This document shows positions 26,001 through 38,673 of a DNA stretch of 64,000 nucleotides, piece after piece; positions within the stretch are counted from its first letter, which is position 1, and every line of letters begins with the position of its first letter. Source of the DNA: Hemiscyllium ocellatum (lineage: Eukaryota). Below the pieces are notes generated by a model. The model was not told the DNA's origin. It did not search any database and saw only the letters and a list, made by a program, of their open reading frames with translations. The position numbers and the translations under genes were made by a program. Location: the NCBI RefSeq assembly GCF_020745735.1, contig NC_083404.1, forward strand, positions 108,933,731 to 108,997,730. Direction: 5' to 3'.

Positions 26001-27786
26001 TACTTGATTTCTTAATCTACATTTTAATGTTTAGAAGCTGGGCTGCTCCATACCTGGGCATTCAGGTTTTTATCCTTCAATTTAAATTTGAATTACTGTG
26101 AAATCAATGCTTGTTTTTACAGGCAAATGATTCCAAGTACCACAGGATTATAATAGCAGCAGGAAGGCATGCTTGGGCCTTGTTGTGATATGGCTACAAA
26201 CCTTGAATGTGCTACCAAGTTTGCGGACTCAGCAATCTGCCTAATGGGAAAAGGGGTGAGAAAAAACAATACCGGTGTCTTTTCTGCATGTGAAATTATT
26301 GTTGGACTAACCCAACGGAGATTACTGCGGCTGCAGAATGGCCAAGCCTGCTGCCAAATTAAGTTAGGGTCACTGTCCATACTTGGAACTCATTTTTGTA
26401 GACAGACATAACAAAAGGTGAAAATGTATTGCTGGAAAAATGCAGCAGGTCAGGCAGCATCCAAGGAACAGGAAATTTGACGTTTCGGGCATAAGCCCTT
26501 CCATCAGGAGGGTTTATGCCCGAAACATCGAATTTCCTGTTCCTTGGATGCTGCCTGACCTGCTGCGCTTTTCCAGCAACACATTTTCAGCTCTGATACT
26601 CCAGCATCTGCAGACCTCACTTTCTCCTCTAAGACATAACAAAGGGGCAGGTTGAGAGGCTATATTAATGCTGCAGGTTTTTAAAAAAATTAGATGGAAG
26701 CATGGGAATTGAATGTGAATCTAGGAAAGCAAAAAGTCATTTACCACACTAGTAAGCGCACATGTAGGTCTATAAAACTAAATATTTAATCAGCTGCTTA
26801 CTTACTTGGCATTTAATTCCAGCTAGGCTACAGCTACAAGTCTCTGGTTCACAGAATCCCTTACAGTCACAACCGCAGTCCTCGCGTGACATCCTGATTG
26901 CATTCAACTCCCGTTTTTCCTCTCGGTCGATTTTCTTCACTCCAGCTGCTTTCAGTAGCATGTGCCTCTTCTTAGCTGGGTATGGCTGGGGAAAGAAGCT
27001 GCTGTCAAGCTCCACCTCACCAACATCAATATCATCATCCAAGATGTCATCCACAGTGAGCTGGTCAGCCTGTTCGGAGTCAGCAGTCCCATTCTTCGTC
27101 AACTAGTTGGAGTGAAGGGTAGGGGAGATGTCAATTTTGTCCAAGTTAAGACCAGTGACAGTGACAATCTTCTTTCATCAGTACTTAAATGTTATAGCAC
27201 AAGTGAACAGCGTATCATACTAGATGAACACCAAACCCACTCCCAACCCTTTAACCTTACATTATCCTTTGCCGAATCTAGGTAATGCAATAGTTAGTCA
27301 CATTTGGCTTGCATTAGTCCTCATTTGTGTTGCATTGGCTGATCATAACTGGAATAGCACTAGCAGAAGGAGGAACAGGGTAAGTGATCCAAACCAGTAT
27401 TTAAAAAAATGATTGGAATCTTATGTTATACTTGGCAATATTTGTAGGGTGGAGAGAAATGAGATGTGGAATGTGTTAGCTAAAAAGAATAATAAATGCA
27501 GATGCAATAGGAATTTTCAGAAAGGAAATGGATAAATATTGGTAGGTCGGTAGGTATTAATTAGAGATAGCAGGCAGAATGGACTGAAAAGATTCTTGTA
27601 ATGTAAAAGGTGTCCAATGAATTTCTACATTTTGTGGGTAACCGTCCAAAAACACAGAAGACATGCCACTTGCAGGAGGAAATGTCAGTACCTGAGCAGA
27701 TTGCACATTGTCATGCGTTAGTATAAACCATGTACTCCAGTTACAATGATTTACATTGCTTTTGACCAAAGGGTGCTCTAAATCAT

Positions 27787-27823
<37 letters not shown>

Positions 27824-30800
27824 CGGGGGGGAAGAACGAGGACGAGGACGAGGACAAGATGGTGTGCGTAGGAAGGAAGTGGAGGTGGAAGGCAGGAGAA
27901 GAGAACAGTTGCTGTGTTTAAGATGGCCCTCATGGTCAAACAGGCATACAGCATTTAGATTCAAAGCTGACATGTGAAGATTAGGTCATATATTCAGAAG
28001 GAACTGCAGTCCATCATGATTACATTGAATACAGATTTAAATGGGAGAACATCAAAGTTGGTAGTGAGGTTGGAAATGGAAAAACAGCACAAATGTACTT
28101 CCCACCTTGGATTACTTTTTAACTTAATTTTTAACGATGTCAGGATGTGGGCAACACTGGCTGTTACAATTTATCCTTAGCAGGCCACTTCAGGTCACCA
28201 CTTAAAAGGCAGCAACATCACCATCGGACTAAAGTCATCTATGTTTCATGTAAAGATGGCACTTTTCCTTCTCTAATGGTCCAAATCGTCTTTTACAACT
28301 CAGCTTTTTGGTCACAAACTGACATTGGATAATTATTTCTGGATTTTATTAAAGTAAAATTCAACTGTCAAACTACTATGAGGAATATTTGAACTTGTTC
28401 ACTAAGAACAGAATGTAATTAATAGAACAGGAGAAGAACAATTGAACCTAAGAACTAGTTTCATCATTCAATAAAGATCTGAACTAATCTTTGACCTCAA
28501 CTTTAGGGCCCTACCAATTTCAGCCGAATGCACTCAGTGACTTAAGCATTCAAACTCCTCTGGGATGGAGAATTTCAAAGATTTGCAACTATCAACCAAA
28601 GAAATTTTTCCACACCTCCACCAAAAATCACTGATCCCTCATTCTGGATTGCGGCTTTTAGTTCTAGACTCTCCATTCAGGGAAGGAGCCTCTAGCCTGT
28701 TGAACCCCATCAGAATCTATGGGGTAATTAGATTACCTCTCACTCCAAGTCCAGGAAACCATACACTCATTCTACTTGATGCCTCTTCAGAGGCAAACTT
28801 TCTTATCCAGGAATTTGGAATCATTCTAGAATACTAATCAAGTAGCAAATTAATGGGTTATCATTCCCAGGTTTCATACCTGTAGTCTTAAAGAATCCAG
28901 CTTCTGTTCTTTCAAAAGTTCCTTGATCTTCTTCCAGCGAATGAGCTCTTGCTCTTTGGCAAACTCTGCGAGTGTGTACTGCCTGCATGAGCTGTGCTTG
29001 CTGGCCATCCCCAGTGTGCAACCTCCCTGACTTGGAACACTAGTGAACCCCTGACACCGTGCGAAATAGAACACAACAACACGGTCAAACTGGACGTTGT
29101 TCTTTCTCATGCGTTTAGTTCTCTTCAGGATGGGGACAGCTGCAAAGCCAAGAAGGAAAGAGAAAATCATATTAATAAATATTTAGCTACTGATAGATCT
29201 CATTATAAAATGATGCTACTTTTCAAACCTAGTGGCAGTCACTTGTGCAATTCAAGGGCATATGGCAGTCAGTGTATCCATAACAAAAAGCAATAAAATA
29301 AATGACAAGGTCTTACATTTTGCTTGTTTAAGAGAGCATTGTTGGGTAAATATCTGTAGTCAATCTTTTGCTCTTTTAAGTTGCACTGAATGATTTTTTA
29401 AAATCAACTCAAATGGACAGATGTGGCCGAGGTTAATTCCTCATGGCTGGACAGTAACCCCAACAATGCGGCACTCTGGAGTACTACAATAAAATGTCAG
29501 CTTGAATTATGTGTTCAATGCTCCGCAGTGGGTTCCGCGAACACATGACATTCAGATAGAGGAGATGCCTGCAAAGGCAGCATAATAATTTCCACTGGTC
29601 AAGGAAGTGCAATCTCTTCAGTAGCCTAAATGCCAAGGCCACTGGGTTTGAACTTGAGAGAGAGAGATCGGGGAGTGTGACCCTCTGATTATATCTTAAC
29701 AGTTTGAGGTTTGTTGTGATCCTGTGCGTGGGGTTGTATGAAAACAAACTGTCCATTGCATGACACCGTGAAAGAGAGAATAATGATGGCAAATTCAGCT
29801 GGATTTATAAATAACCAAAATGTGTATTTTAAACCAAGAACATGTACAAAAAAAAATAGAAAAAAACTTGCGGTTTCATTCTTTTCCTTTTCAAAAAAAA
29901 AACAAATGGGTAAAGAACGGAAGCAGCTCTTCTCAGCAAGGAGCCTTAGCACAGGACTCAATACTGAGAAAATGCCAAACTGGCATTAGGTTTCCAGGCA
30001 GTTTATTAGCTTCAGGGACCTCAGTTACCATGCTCTCCACTGAAGACTAATTTCAGACCTATTTTAAGCAGATTATTAGGATGAAGCCCTATAATTACAA
30101 ATGCTTTTTAGTTCAAGTTTTCTTTTGTGAAGTAAAACAACATAGTACCTGGGTGATTTAAGAACAATTGATTCTATGCCTTCAATCCTAAACAGTTTGT
30201 ACTGGAGTACAGCACCAGAAGTAGATAACCTCCCGCTACCAGAAGTACCACATGTAACACAGCTGTCTCTTCACTAAATGGCTTTACTACTACATACAAG
30301 TCTAAATACTTCAACTCTTAAAAGCAACGAACAATTCTCTTCTAAATCAAATATGGTTTAGCACGGTCACTGTTAATCCCACTGAAATTGACTCACCAGG
30401 GGTAAATTCTCCTAGTCTCTGTTAAGTTCTGTCCTGGTTGGGGGGGCCTTTTGCCCGGGACTTCGATTTTCCTGCTCCTTGGGTACTGTGCTTTTCTAGC
30501 ACCACTCTAGTCTGCTCTCTGGTTTCCAGCATCTGCAGTCCTCACTTTTGCCCTCTGTTAACTCATTGTCAGTCTACATCATGTGCCTATCCACTGATGA
30601 GGTGCTAGTCAGTTTCTCACCTTAGTTGGGTTGGCAGGTCTCCTTGTGTCTGCCCAATTCACAGAACAGGTGACAATTTAACAGGTAACATGGGAAGAAT
30701 TGCAAAATTTGCAAAATGCAAATGCTCTGTGCATCCTCGTCAGAGAGCAGTGCACAATATATTCAATACTTTTCAAAATGTTCTTTTTGTTCTGAGACCT

Positions 30801-32299
30801 GGCTTTAAGTTATGATCCTGATTCCTGACGAAGGGCTTTTGCCCGAAACGTCGATTTTACTGCTCCTCAGATGCTGCCTGAACTGCTGTGCTCTTCCAGC
30901 ACCACTAATGCAGAATCTGGTTTCCAACATCTGCAGTCATTGTTTTTACCCCCTTTAAGATATGATCGTTCTTGCTGCCTTAACATAAAGCCCCTCTTTA
31001 CAGAACAAGGCAACAGCTCTGTCGACACCAAGAACTAAATCAAATGTAATCCAATCCAAATGTGATAATGACTTGACCAAAGAGACAGCCTTCAAAAGGG
31101 TCTGAAAAAGGAAAGGAGAAGCAAAGGCAGAGAGGTTGAGAGAATGCCAAGATATTGCCTCAGCTGTCTGTTTTGACCTAGAACTTTCCCACAATTTTAA
31201 GGGAGCAAGTTTCCAATTTCAGTACAAACTTTTATAAATGCCCCTAGTTCTCAGTTTTTGCTTAAAGATTCTGGGCCTGCGTATGGAGTGTGAGCTCTTT
31301 CCCCTCTAACTGTTCTGTGATTGACAATTAATAACAAAATTGTATTTGCTGGTTGACTCATTGGGAAGTGAAACTTTGCTGCAAAATAGGTTTGTATGGG
31401 AGACCAAAACTAGGAGTTATGAATACAAGTCACCTGTAACTTGAGTGTAGAATTTAAGAGAACTTTGTTCACACAGGAACTGGATAAAACATGAAGCTCA
31501 TGACCACAAGACATAGCTGAGGTGACTGTCAAATTCATTAAAGAGAATGCGACATAGGCATGATATAATAAAGAAATGAAGGGTGCATTATTGTAGTTAG
31601 GAGAAAAGGGGAAAATACTTATGAAAATAATAAACATAAACATTTGGGATGAACAGCCAGATTGCAGTTAATACGATTTAGATATTTAGAATAAGCTATA
31701 TCATCTGCTTACATGTTTTCATTTTTAATCTATAATGCTGCATACATCAATGTCAAAGGGGATGGGAGGAAAGTTGAACAATATTAACTAGCAACATTTG
31801 TGTATTTCCCAGCACAACTGAAGGTGGAAATGAATTTTAGAAGTTTTAAGACAGCAGTGGTAGCAACTACCAGCAATTGCACTCTGACCATTTCCAGGAA
31901 CCCAGTGAAGGAGGGATCCAGATCTTGCAAATCTGACTTCTCACATGATTAAGTACCTCCACCATACTCCCTGGGGAGTCATTAAGTTCTGCCCAAAAAA
32001 ATGTTACTCAGAGGTCGTACAGACACCATCATAATCAAACTCACCAATTGTAAAGAGGAGGTGAATTAAGTTAGTTACTCACGGGTAAATGGTGTGGAGG
32101 GAAAGGCCGTATTACTTCTGGTTGGCCATGTTTCATCACAGGAGCTGTCATCATCTGAGTCCCAGCTGGAGGATAATGAGCAAGATGATGTAGCAGGTGA
32201 GGATGAAGAGGAGGAGGAAGAGGAGGAAGATGGCGAAGATGAAGAGTAACAGGGATCATCCTCCACTTCTTCAAACTTCCTTTTCAGAATTCCACTCAT
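22061..32299 (-). CDS. CSRNP1: Cysteine/serine-rich nuclear protein 1 (AXUD1), spliced CDS join(32299-32083,29139-28880,27102-26806,23092-22061), 601 aa
   Basis: Four exons splice in frame (217+260+297+1032=1806 nt) with GT-AG sites. The protein has an N-terminal poly-Ser, a basic region, the CSRNP domain ([21 protein letters not shown]; [35 protein letters not shown]) and a C-terminus CFLESLIGL...[35 protein letters not shown] and the C-terminus match recalled CSRNP1 rather than CSRNP2/3. Confidence 0.93.
24520..25110 (+). mobile_element. CR1-type LINE 3' fragment in last intron
   Basis: gtgagaccacacctggaataatgtgtgcag; [13 protein letters not shown]; 3' end cctacttctgctcctatt. Confidence 0.8.
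26416..26631. mobile_element. Fold-back Penelope-derived mini-element (same family as 30818)
   Basis: Inverted arms of ~80 bp (26419-26500 / 26508-26589); TSD agacataacaaa at 26404-26415 and 26632-26643. Confidence 0.75.
26806..27102 (-). CDS. CSRNP1: CSRNP1 coding exon 3 (Cys-rich region)
   Basis: Acceptor ccaactag|[14 protein letters not shown]...[11 protein letters not shown], donor CAA|GTAAGT; 297 nt. Confidence 0.94.
27787..27858 (+). repeat. Poly-G tract (G37 C G7) followed by (GACGAG)n
   Basis: Directly visible. Confidence 0.95.
28880..29139 (-). CDS. CSRNP1: CSRNP1 coding exon 2 (basic region, start of CSRNP domain)
   Basis: Acceptor ctttgcag|ct, [44 protein letters not shown]...LRLQ, donor CAG|GTATGA; 260 nt. 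Confidence 0.94.
30426..30552 (+). mobile_element. Truncated copy of the same mini-element family
   Basis: ttttgcccggga...ctggtttccagcatctgcagtcctcactttt; TSD ctctgttaa at 30417-30425 and 30553-30561. Confidence 0.65.
30818..30952 (+). mobile_element. Penelope-derived mini-element with intact minimal hammerhead ribozyme core
   Basis: CTGACGA-A-GGGC-TTTT-GCCC-GAAA-CGTC at 30825-30852; TSD ctttaag(t/a)tatgatc at 30803-30817 and 30953-30967. Confidence 0.7.
32083..32299 (-). CDS. CSRNP1: CSRNP1 first coding exon (exon begins 32327; ATG at 32299)
   Basis: Acceptor tttttttttaaag|ctg at 32328/32327, gccATG context, in-frame TGA 27 nt upstream, [22 protein letters not shown]...FT, donor C|GTGAGT (phase 1). 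Confidence 0.92.
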
Positions 32300-33559
32300 G
32301 GCAAAATGTAGTTTGGTCACAGTTCAGCTTTAAAAAAAAAGCACAAAAGAAAAATTAAATGTTTCTACCTCATGATGTGCCCATTACAGCTCTTCATTTT
32401 GAATGATTCAGCCACATTTTGATTTAAAAAATAAGAATGACCCTCACCAAGCTAGAATTATCTGGTATTTCAGTCACTGAAGTCTTTCTGAATTAAATAT
32501 ATAGTTCTATCAATCAGGAAGAGCAGATCTTTGACAAATGCCTTTTTACACAGAGATGTATATGCAGAATCTTAAAAACAATGACAGAAAATGGTCAGAT
32601 GAAACCACATTGATACATGGGGGTGAAAATTATATTGAGAAAAAAGGAGGGAGAAAAGACGAAATTAGGTCTAATCGTCTGAGATAAGACCTCGGTATGT
32701 CTTCTCTGTTCAGTGAGTTTCTTCACTCGTGGGAATAACAGCACAAATGGGACATTACTACATTAATATTCAATGATTTGGACCAATCTGAAGAATATCA
32801 ACTCAGATTCCACTTTATACCATTTTGAGAACTTCAATTTTATAACATACCTGGATATAAAAAGCTAGTACTGATACAAGTGACTATCTTAATTAGCCAT
32901 GCACTTACATCAAATCACTACAACACAAGAATGACTTGTCACTTTACCTACAGTATTCATACCTTGAGAAAGCAAAAAAAACACAAGGCAAGTGGATAAT
33001 GCAAATGATAGAATCTGTCCAATGTGAATTGAAAGCAAGTTTCACAGCCTGTGCATTTAATTTGAAGGTTAAACGGGTGCAAGATTCCTGTGATAACATT
33101 TTTGATTGCATTTTTTTTCTGGCAAAAACTTGGATTCATTTTCACAAAGAAAATTCTCAATTGAAATTTTCTGGTCAGATGGCAAAATTAGTCAAACATT
33201 TCCCTCCTCCCCCCCCCCCCCCCAAATCTCGAATGGAATAAAAAAGTGATCATCATTTATAAAAGTTCACTAATGTTTTCTGATGGATCAGAATAAAAAT
33301 CTAACATTTGGAGAATATGGAGGTATTGCACCACACATTAATTGAATCAGGACCTTCTAGCAATGTCTCAATAGCAGACCTCTGGTCAGTGCAGTGATGA
33401 AGTAAAAATAATGCATGGGTTTGTTTTAGTGAGAAGGTGGATTTAGCTGCTCCACTCGAAAATAAAAATCACAAGTCAAGATCAACCTTTGGATTAGAAC
33501 TGTAATTTTCACTTCTGTTATCAGAATCTTTCATTGAAGGATAAAAGATCAAACATATT

Positions 33560-33890
33560 TGCATTTTCAGTGTCTTTCGTGACCCCAGGATATCCCAAAT
33601 TGCTTTAATATCAAGAAAGCACTTTTGAATTTAACTCATTGTTGTAAATCAGGGGAATGTAGTCACCAATTTGGGAACACAAAGCCTATCAGACAGCAAT
33701 GAGATTAATGTAGATAATCTGGTAATTTGTGATCCTATTGAAGGATTATTTGGACAAGACAATTCTTTGAATATTGCATTGATATTTTGTGTCTATCCAC
33801 AAAGTAGACAGGAGCCTCATTTTAAAGACATCCAAAAGATAGCATACCTAACAGGGAGAACTCTCTTAATATTAAAGTAGTCAGTCTGGC
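33560..33890 (-). mobile_element. Deu-domain SINE, decayed
   Basis: Reverse match to the 36530 copy; related fragments at ~34940-35150 (+), 40815-41110 (-) and 53335-53575 (-). Confidence 0.6.
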
Positions 33891-36529
33891 TTAAAAATAC
33901 TCTTAGCTGCAGTTTAGTGTTAAAATGCTAAGTGTTAAAATTGTACATATCACAAACTAGATCCGAGTTCGCGTCTCTCAGTCAAATGAAATTGCATTTC
34001 ATTCTATCAGTCTGTACATTTGTTACAATTGAGTCTCTAATGACTGGGAGTGCAAATAAGCCAATTAAAAGAAAATCCAACAGGTTGATGGCTTGGGAAT
34101 TAAAACAAAGTGGTCACCCCACTGTAGCACAATTTATACTTCCCTATTATCTGCCTGGTGGGGAAAAGGCTGACGCAAGGCAGGACTAATTCAATTGGCT
34201 TAGAAGATTCTAGGGCAAAATGCTTTCTGTATTCAGTCATGTGATCCCACCGTGGGAAGGTAGCAACAATTCGGTGATGAACAATTGGTCGCGTCAGTTC
34301 TAGCCTGGAGTGAAGAGAAAAATTAACTAGGGTTCATACTCCAGTCATTTCATGGGCGCTCGGTGAGGTCAGTCCCCTGCATTTGAACAGCCAACAGTCA
34401 ACCAACCTGTGTAGATTTATAAATAGCGAATGCTGCTGGTGTAAGAGTCAGTACATTCTAAATGGGAACTAGAACAGTGAAGGAACTATTATTATATACA
34501 CTAGTGAAAGGATTAGTGACCCTGATGAACTGATGATATTAGATAAAACACAAGATTTAGATGTTTCACTTGTTATTTCAGAATTACGGAAGGTCGACCT
34601 GAACCAGTTTTTTAAAAAAAATTTGACATGGGAACATAGATAATTGAGCAAGACTGCTTTTAATTTCCATCCCTAGATATCACAAAGTATTTACAGTTAA
34701 TCACATAACATGGATTAGTGATACCCAAGTCCAACTGGGTACAGTTCTGACATTGTAATATCTGAGAGAGATACTTTCCAACCTGTTAGATTAGAAGGGT
34801 TTTGGTCATCTTTACTTCCTTTGGTAGCCTGCACATGAATGGATTTATTGAATTCAGTTCTGACCAGCAAGAAAGTTGAATTGCTGGGATCTGGTGAAAT
34901 TGCTCAAAGTCTTCAGTGCAAACAGCTCAATACAATGGTGTGTTTTTTTGAACCAGGAGGTTATGAGCTCAGATCTCACTCTGGGGAATTGTGCAAATAA
35001 TCTAGGCCAACATTTCAGTGTAGTAATGAGGAGCGCATTGCATTGTTCAAGACGCTTTAATTATTGGATGAAATGTCTGTCCTCTAAAGGCTATACAGTA
35101 AAAGATGAGCATGGGTTTTGTGGCCAATATTTATATCTCAGTTAGCATGTGTCATATGGCTGCAAAACGTTTAAAATATTTGTTTTTGAGCTATGGCATT
35201 GCTAGCAATACTGGCATTTATTAACCATCTCTAATTGCTGGAGAAAGTGGTGTTGAGCTCCTTGTTGAACTGCTATGCAGATGAAGATGGCACTGGCAGT
35301 ACTGTAAGGCTGAGAGTGCCAGGTTTTGACTCTTTAGTGATGAAGGTTAAGAGTGCAGAGATTTTTTTAATCACAGGACTAAACTACAGGCTTTGCAGGA
35401 CTCTGGATATGCACTGAGTAATTTGAGACAACACAACAAATACTCGTAAACACAGCTTACTCACTGGTGTCAGTGGAGACCCAAAAAACTTCCCACACAT
35501 GACTCAGTACAGTACACTCAATGTAACCAGATGATTTGCACTCCTCTTTACTAGAATGATTCTGCAACCTTTGAAGCCTACTCGTGGGTGGACGTGACTC
35601 TCTACGGAAGACTCATCTGATCTATTACTTCCAAGATTTCACAATGATTCATACCATGTGTATGTGAGCAAACTTCTCCTTAAAATAAAATTGAATATAA
35701 ACCTGCTGTGTGATAAGAAAGAAAAAGACCACAAATGCAAGGGCTGTGGGGGTGGTTAAAGAGGAGTTTGATAAAACGTTGTGACATTTAGTAGGACACA
35801 CATGATGTTCCCTTAAAAGCCAATTTTGGATTTTTAATGCACTGCATAAAGTGGCTCAATGAGTGATAATATCAAGAGACAATGATCCACCGATGTATCA
35901 TATGGATTGCATGCACTAAGCTCAAATTAATCTCTACCAATGAGTAACAAAATATGTACCTCCCTAAACAAAACAGTACAGAGGGTCCCAGCTAAGTGAA
36001 TTTTCCACTTTTTCAGGGCAACCAGTAATACAAACTTGAAGAGGATTTCTTAGGGTTGCATTAAATTTCAACGAGTTATGCATCCTGAGATTATCCCAGG
36101 TAAAGACCGAGGAATAATAAATCCTTGTGGAATACTACTCTGGGGTTACATGGGCATATAGAAGCATCTCCACAGCTGTTGTTTCAGTGTTGTTCTACTC
36201 AAGAGTGTGCAAATTACTTTGGAGACTGGGATTATCCCATTGCATACTTATTGCACCATTTCAAAATAAGACTGCATGAAGGCTAATTGGCAATCCTATT
36301 ATGTTATGCTTTAATACTCATTACCTTAGAAGCTTACAATTAATGACTATCAGCAATTATTGATCATTTATCCCAGAGAGAAGTATTCATGTGTTCACTC
36401 CAATGTTGGGAAGGGCAAGACCTATTTTATAAAGTTTAACTGGACGTGTGAAATATTGTTCTCAATCATTGCATTTACTGGAATGTAGTAAAAGGACTAG
36501 CCTTGGCTTGGTTATTATATTATTTTGGA

Positions 36530-36910
36530 AGAGGACGGTTGCAGGTTAAAGTTCCACTCCAGAGATTTGATCAGCATCCAGGAAAAACACTACACTGGAG
36601 CACTGAGGGTCTGCTGCACTGTGCCTTTGAGACAAAACATTAAAACAGAGGCCCCCCATCTGTCAACTCAGACATGAAAGAACCCATAGCATTCTTCCAA
36701 GAGGAGCAAAGGTGCTGGGCAAAATCTATTCCTAACCAACATTGCTAAATAATACCAAACCATTATTACATTGCTGTTTTGGGATTTTGCTGCGCATGTA
36801 CTAACCTACACAACCATGGTGGCTACATTTCAAAACTGTAAAGTTTATTCATTGTAAAGTGCTATGGGATGTCCTGAGGTTGAGAAAGGCACTATATAAA
36901 TGACAGTTTT
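36530..36910 (+). mobile_element. Deu-domain SINE (SacSINE1/AmnSINE1-like)
   Basis: gcactgagggtctgctgcactgt...aaaacagaggcccc...cattgctgttttgggattttgctg...gctatgggatgtcctgaggttgagaaaggcactatataaatg, recognised as Deu domain plus tail. Confidence 0.7.
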
Positions 36911-38551
36911 TTTTGTCTTTGGTGGTTGGAATGATTGAACACAACTTGGTGTCATAGCTCTCGGTATTTACAGACTTCCTGCTGACCAATCCTAGACAAA
37001 CATCCAGGAGAGTTCCAGTAAATGCTGCCTTGCAGTCTACTAACAGACATTGCTGTTGCATGGCAACACAAGGGCTTGCGCAACAGGGAAAATACAACAC
37101 CGTCACCAGTCTGTCATCACAGATTTAAACATGCGATTAGAATTCTCTGAACAGGGCAACTTTAGTGGTTTTCCATAGTGCTTTGGATTTAACTGTACTC
37201 AAACTGGCCAGATTCCAGAATTGTAAAGTCAGAACTTGACTGAACAGTGAGATCTCCTTCGCTGTAAATGTCTCAGTGCAACCTACCACATTGCTTTAGG
37301 TAATAAAGAACAGACTAAATGAATTAATCCCTCCGTATTTGGTAGGCTAATCAAAATTTTAAAAGAAAATATTGAAGGATTGATGCCATAACAGATTAGC
37401 ATCTTCTCCCAGTTCAAAGTCCAGAGTGCTGAAAATTTTGTTTTCTTACCCCTGCCAAGGACCCAACTGCTACTAAACAAAATGTGTGAGAGACCAGAGT
37501 TTCAAATGTTTCAATTTTACCACCCTCTGCCTTTCCCATTCAAAGTAACCAAAAATCAATCTTCAGGTGCTAAACACACCACAGATACAAATCTGAGTGG
37601 GCTTGCTCCTTGCAGTTCTTTTAATTATTCTCATATCACTTTCAACTGCCACCACAAGTGACACACAATTTATTATGGAGCTCAAAATAAACTTAAGTCG
37701 ACAGACACAACTCAAGCTTCACTTACTGAAGGATGATTTCCCCTCAAACTTCACCCACATCTACTGTTCAAGTGAAGACTAAAAAAAAGGTACTGTTGAA
37801 TCCCAGACACCGCATTAACTTGTAGAGTTTAAGGTTCAGTAAATTTAATAGATAAGTCAGAAAGAATTAGTTTACAAACCAATCAGTAAACATCTATTAA
37901 ATTTGCTCTGCATTCACTTGCATTGTTATATTGTTCAGTCAGTGTCCTGAGAAAATGGCCAGATTGTATATAACAAACGGGAAAGGAAAAAGGCACAGAA
38001 ATAAACATTTTAAAGAGGGGATTTATGGATGGTAAAGACTCCTTTATTCATAATTATTTCAAAATTACAATATAAAGCTAGAACTGTAAAATTAAGAGCA
38101 TATTAATTTCTTACACCAATGCAAAAGCCTTTGAGTATAGAGTAGTGAACTTCAAGGATTAAAGACATCTAGTAACAATCAAACCAGCACTACTGATCTA
38201 TTTTTTAAAATAAAACAGGCCAAGAACTGGTAGGTGCCAAGACTTTGAGTTGACTTTAAACTATTACTTTGTGTTTATATTAATGCAAATTATCAGGAAA
38301 CATTAGATGAACTGGGTTGATATGGAGAACAAAAACAAAAGCTAGCAATAGTCTCAGGATGCCCCAACAGGCTTTACAGAAAATGAAACATTATTTGAAG
38401 GATAGACAGATTTTAGTACTGGAAACAGAACAGCTAACAGTAGAGGCAGCAATTTTAAAGATCTGCTCTTGCCTCAGTTCACCTTCAAATGTTGTTGCCT
38501 TTGGACTCTTCTACTGTAAGTGGTGAGTATTTAAATACTTTCCTGACATCA

Positions 38552-38673
38552 GTAGGGGCCTTCTGGCACAGTGGTAATGTCCATACCTGTGACTCAGGAG
38601 GTCCGGGTTCAAATCTCAACCGCTCCAGAGGAATAACAACATATCTGACCAGATTGATTGGAAAAATAGGGAA
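38552..38673 (+). mobile_element. ~115-bp tRNA-derived mini-SINE
   Basis: A-box tggcacagtggt, B-box gggttcaaatc; perfect 12-bp TSD ttcctgacatca (38540-38551, 38674-38685); related copies at 7845-7950, 52678-52790, 53163-53280 and 58960-59075. Confidence 0.75.

Noticed and set aside
27557-27977. Poly-Pro / poly-Gly ORFs
   Set aside because: Translations of the poly-G tract.
32300-32320. GTG-initiated extension MTKLHFA
   Set aside because: The family-conserved start is gccATG at 32299; the non-ATG start comes from the ORF caller.
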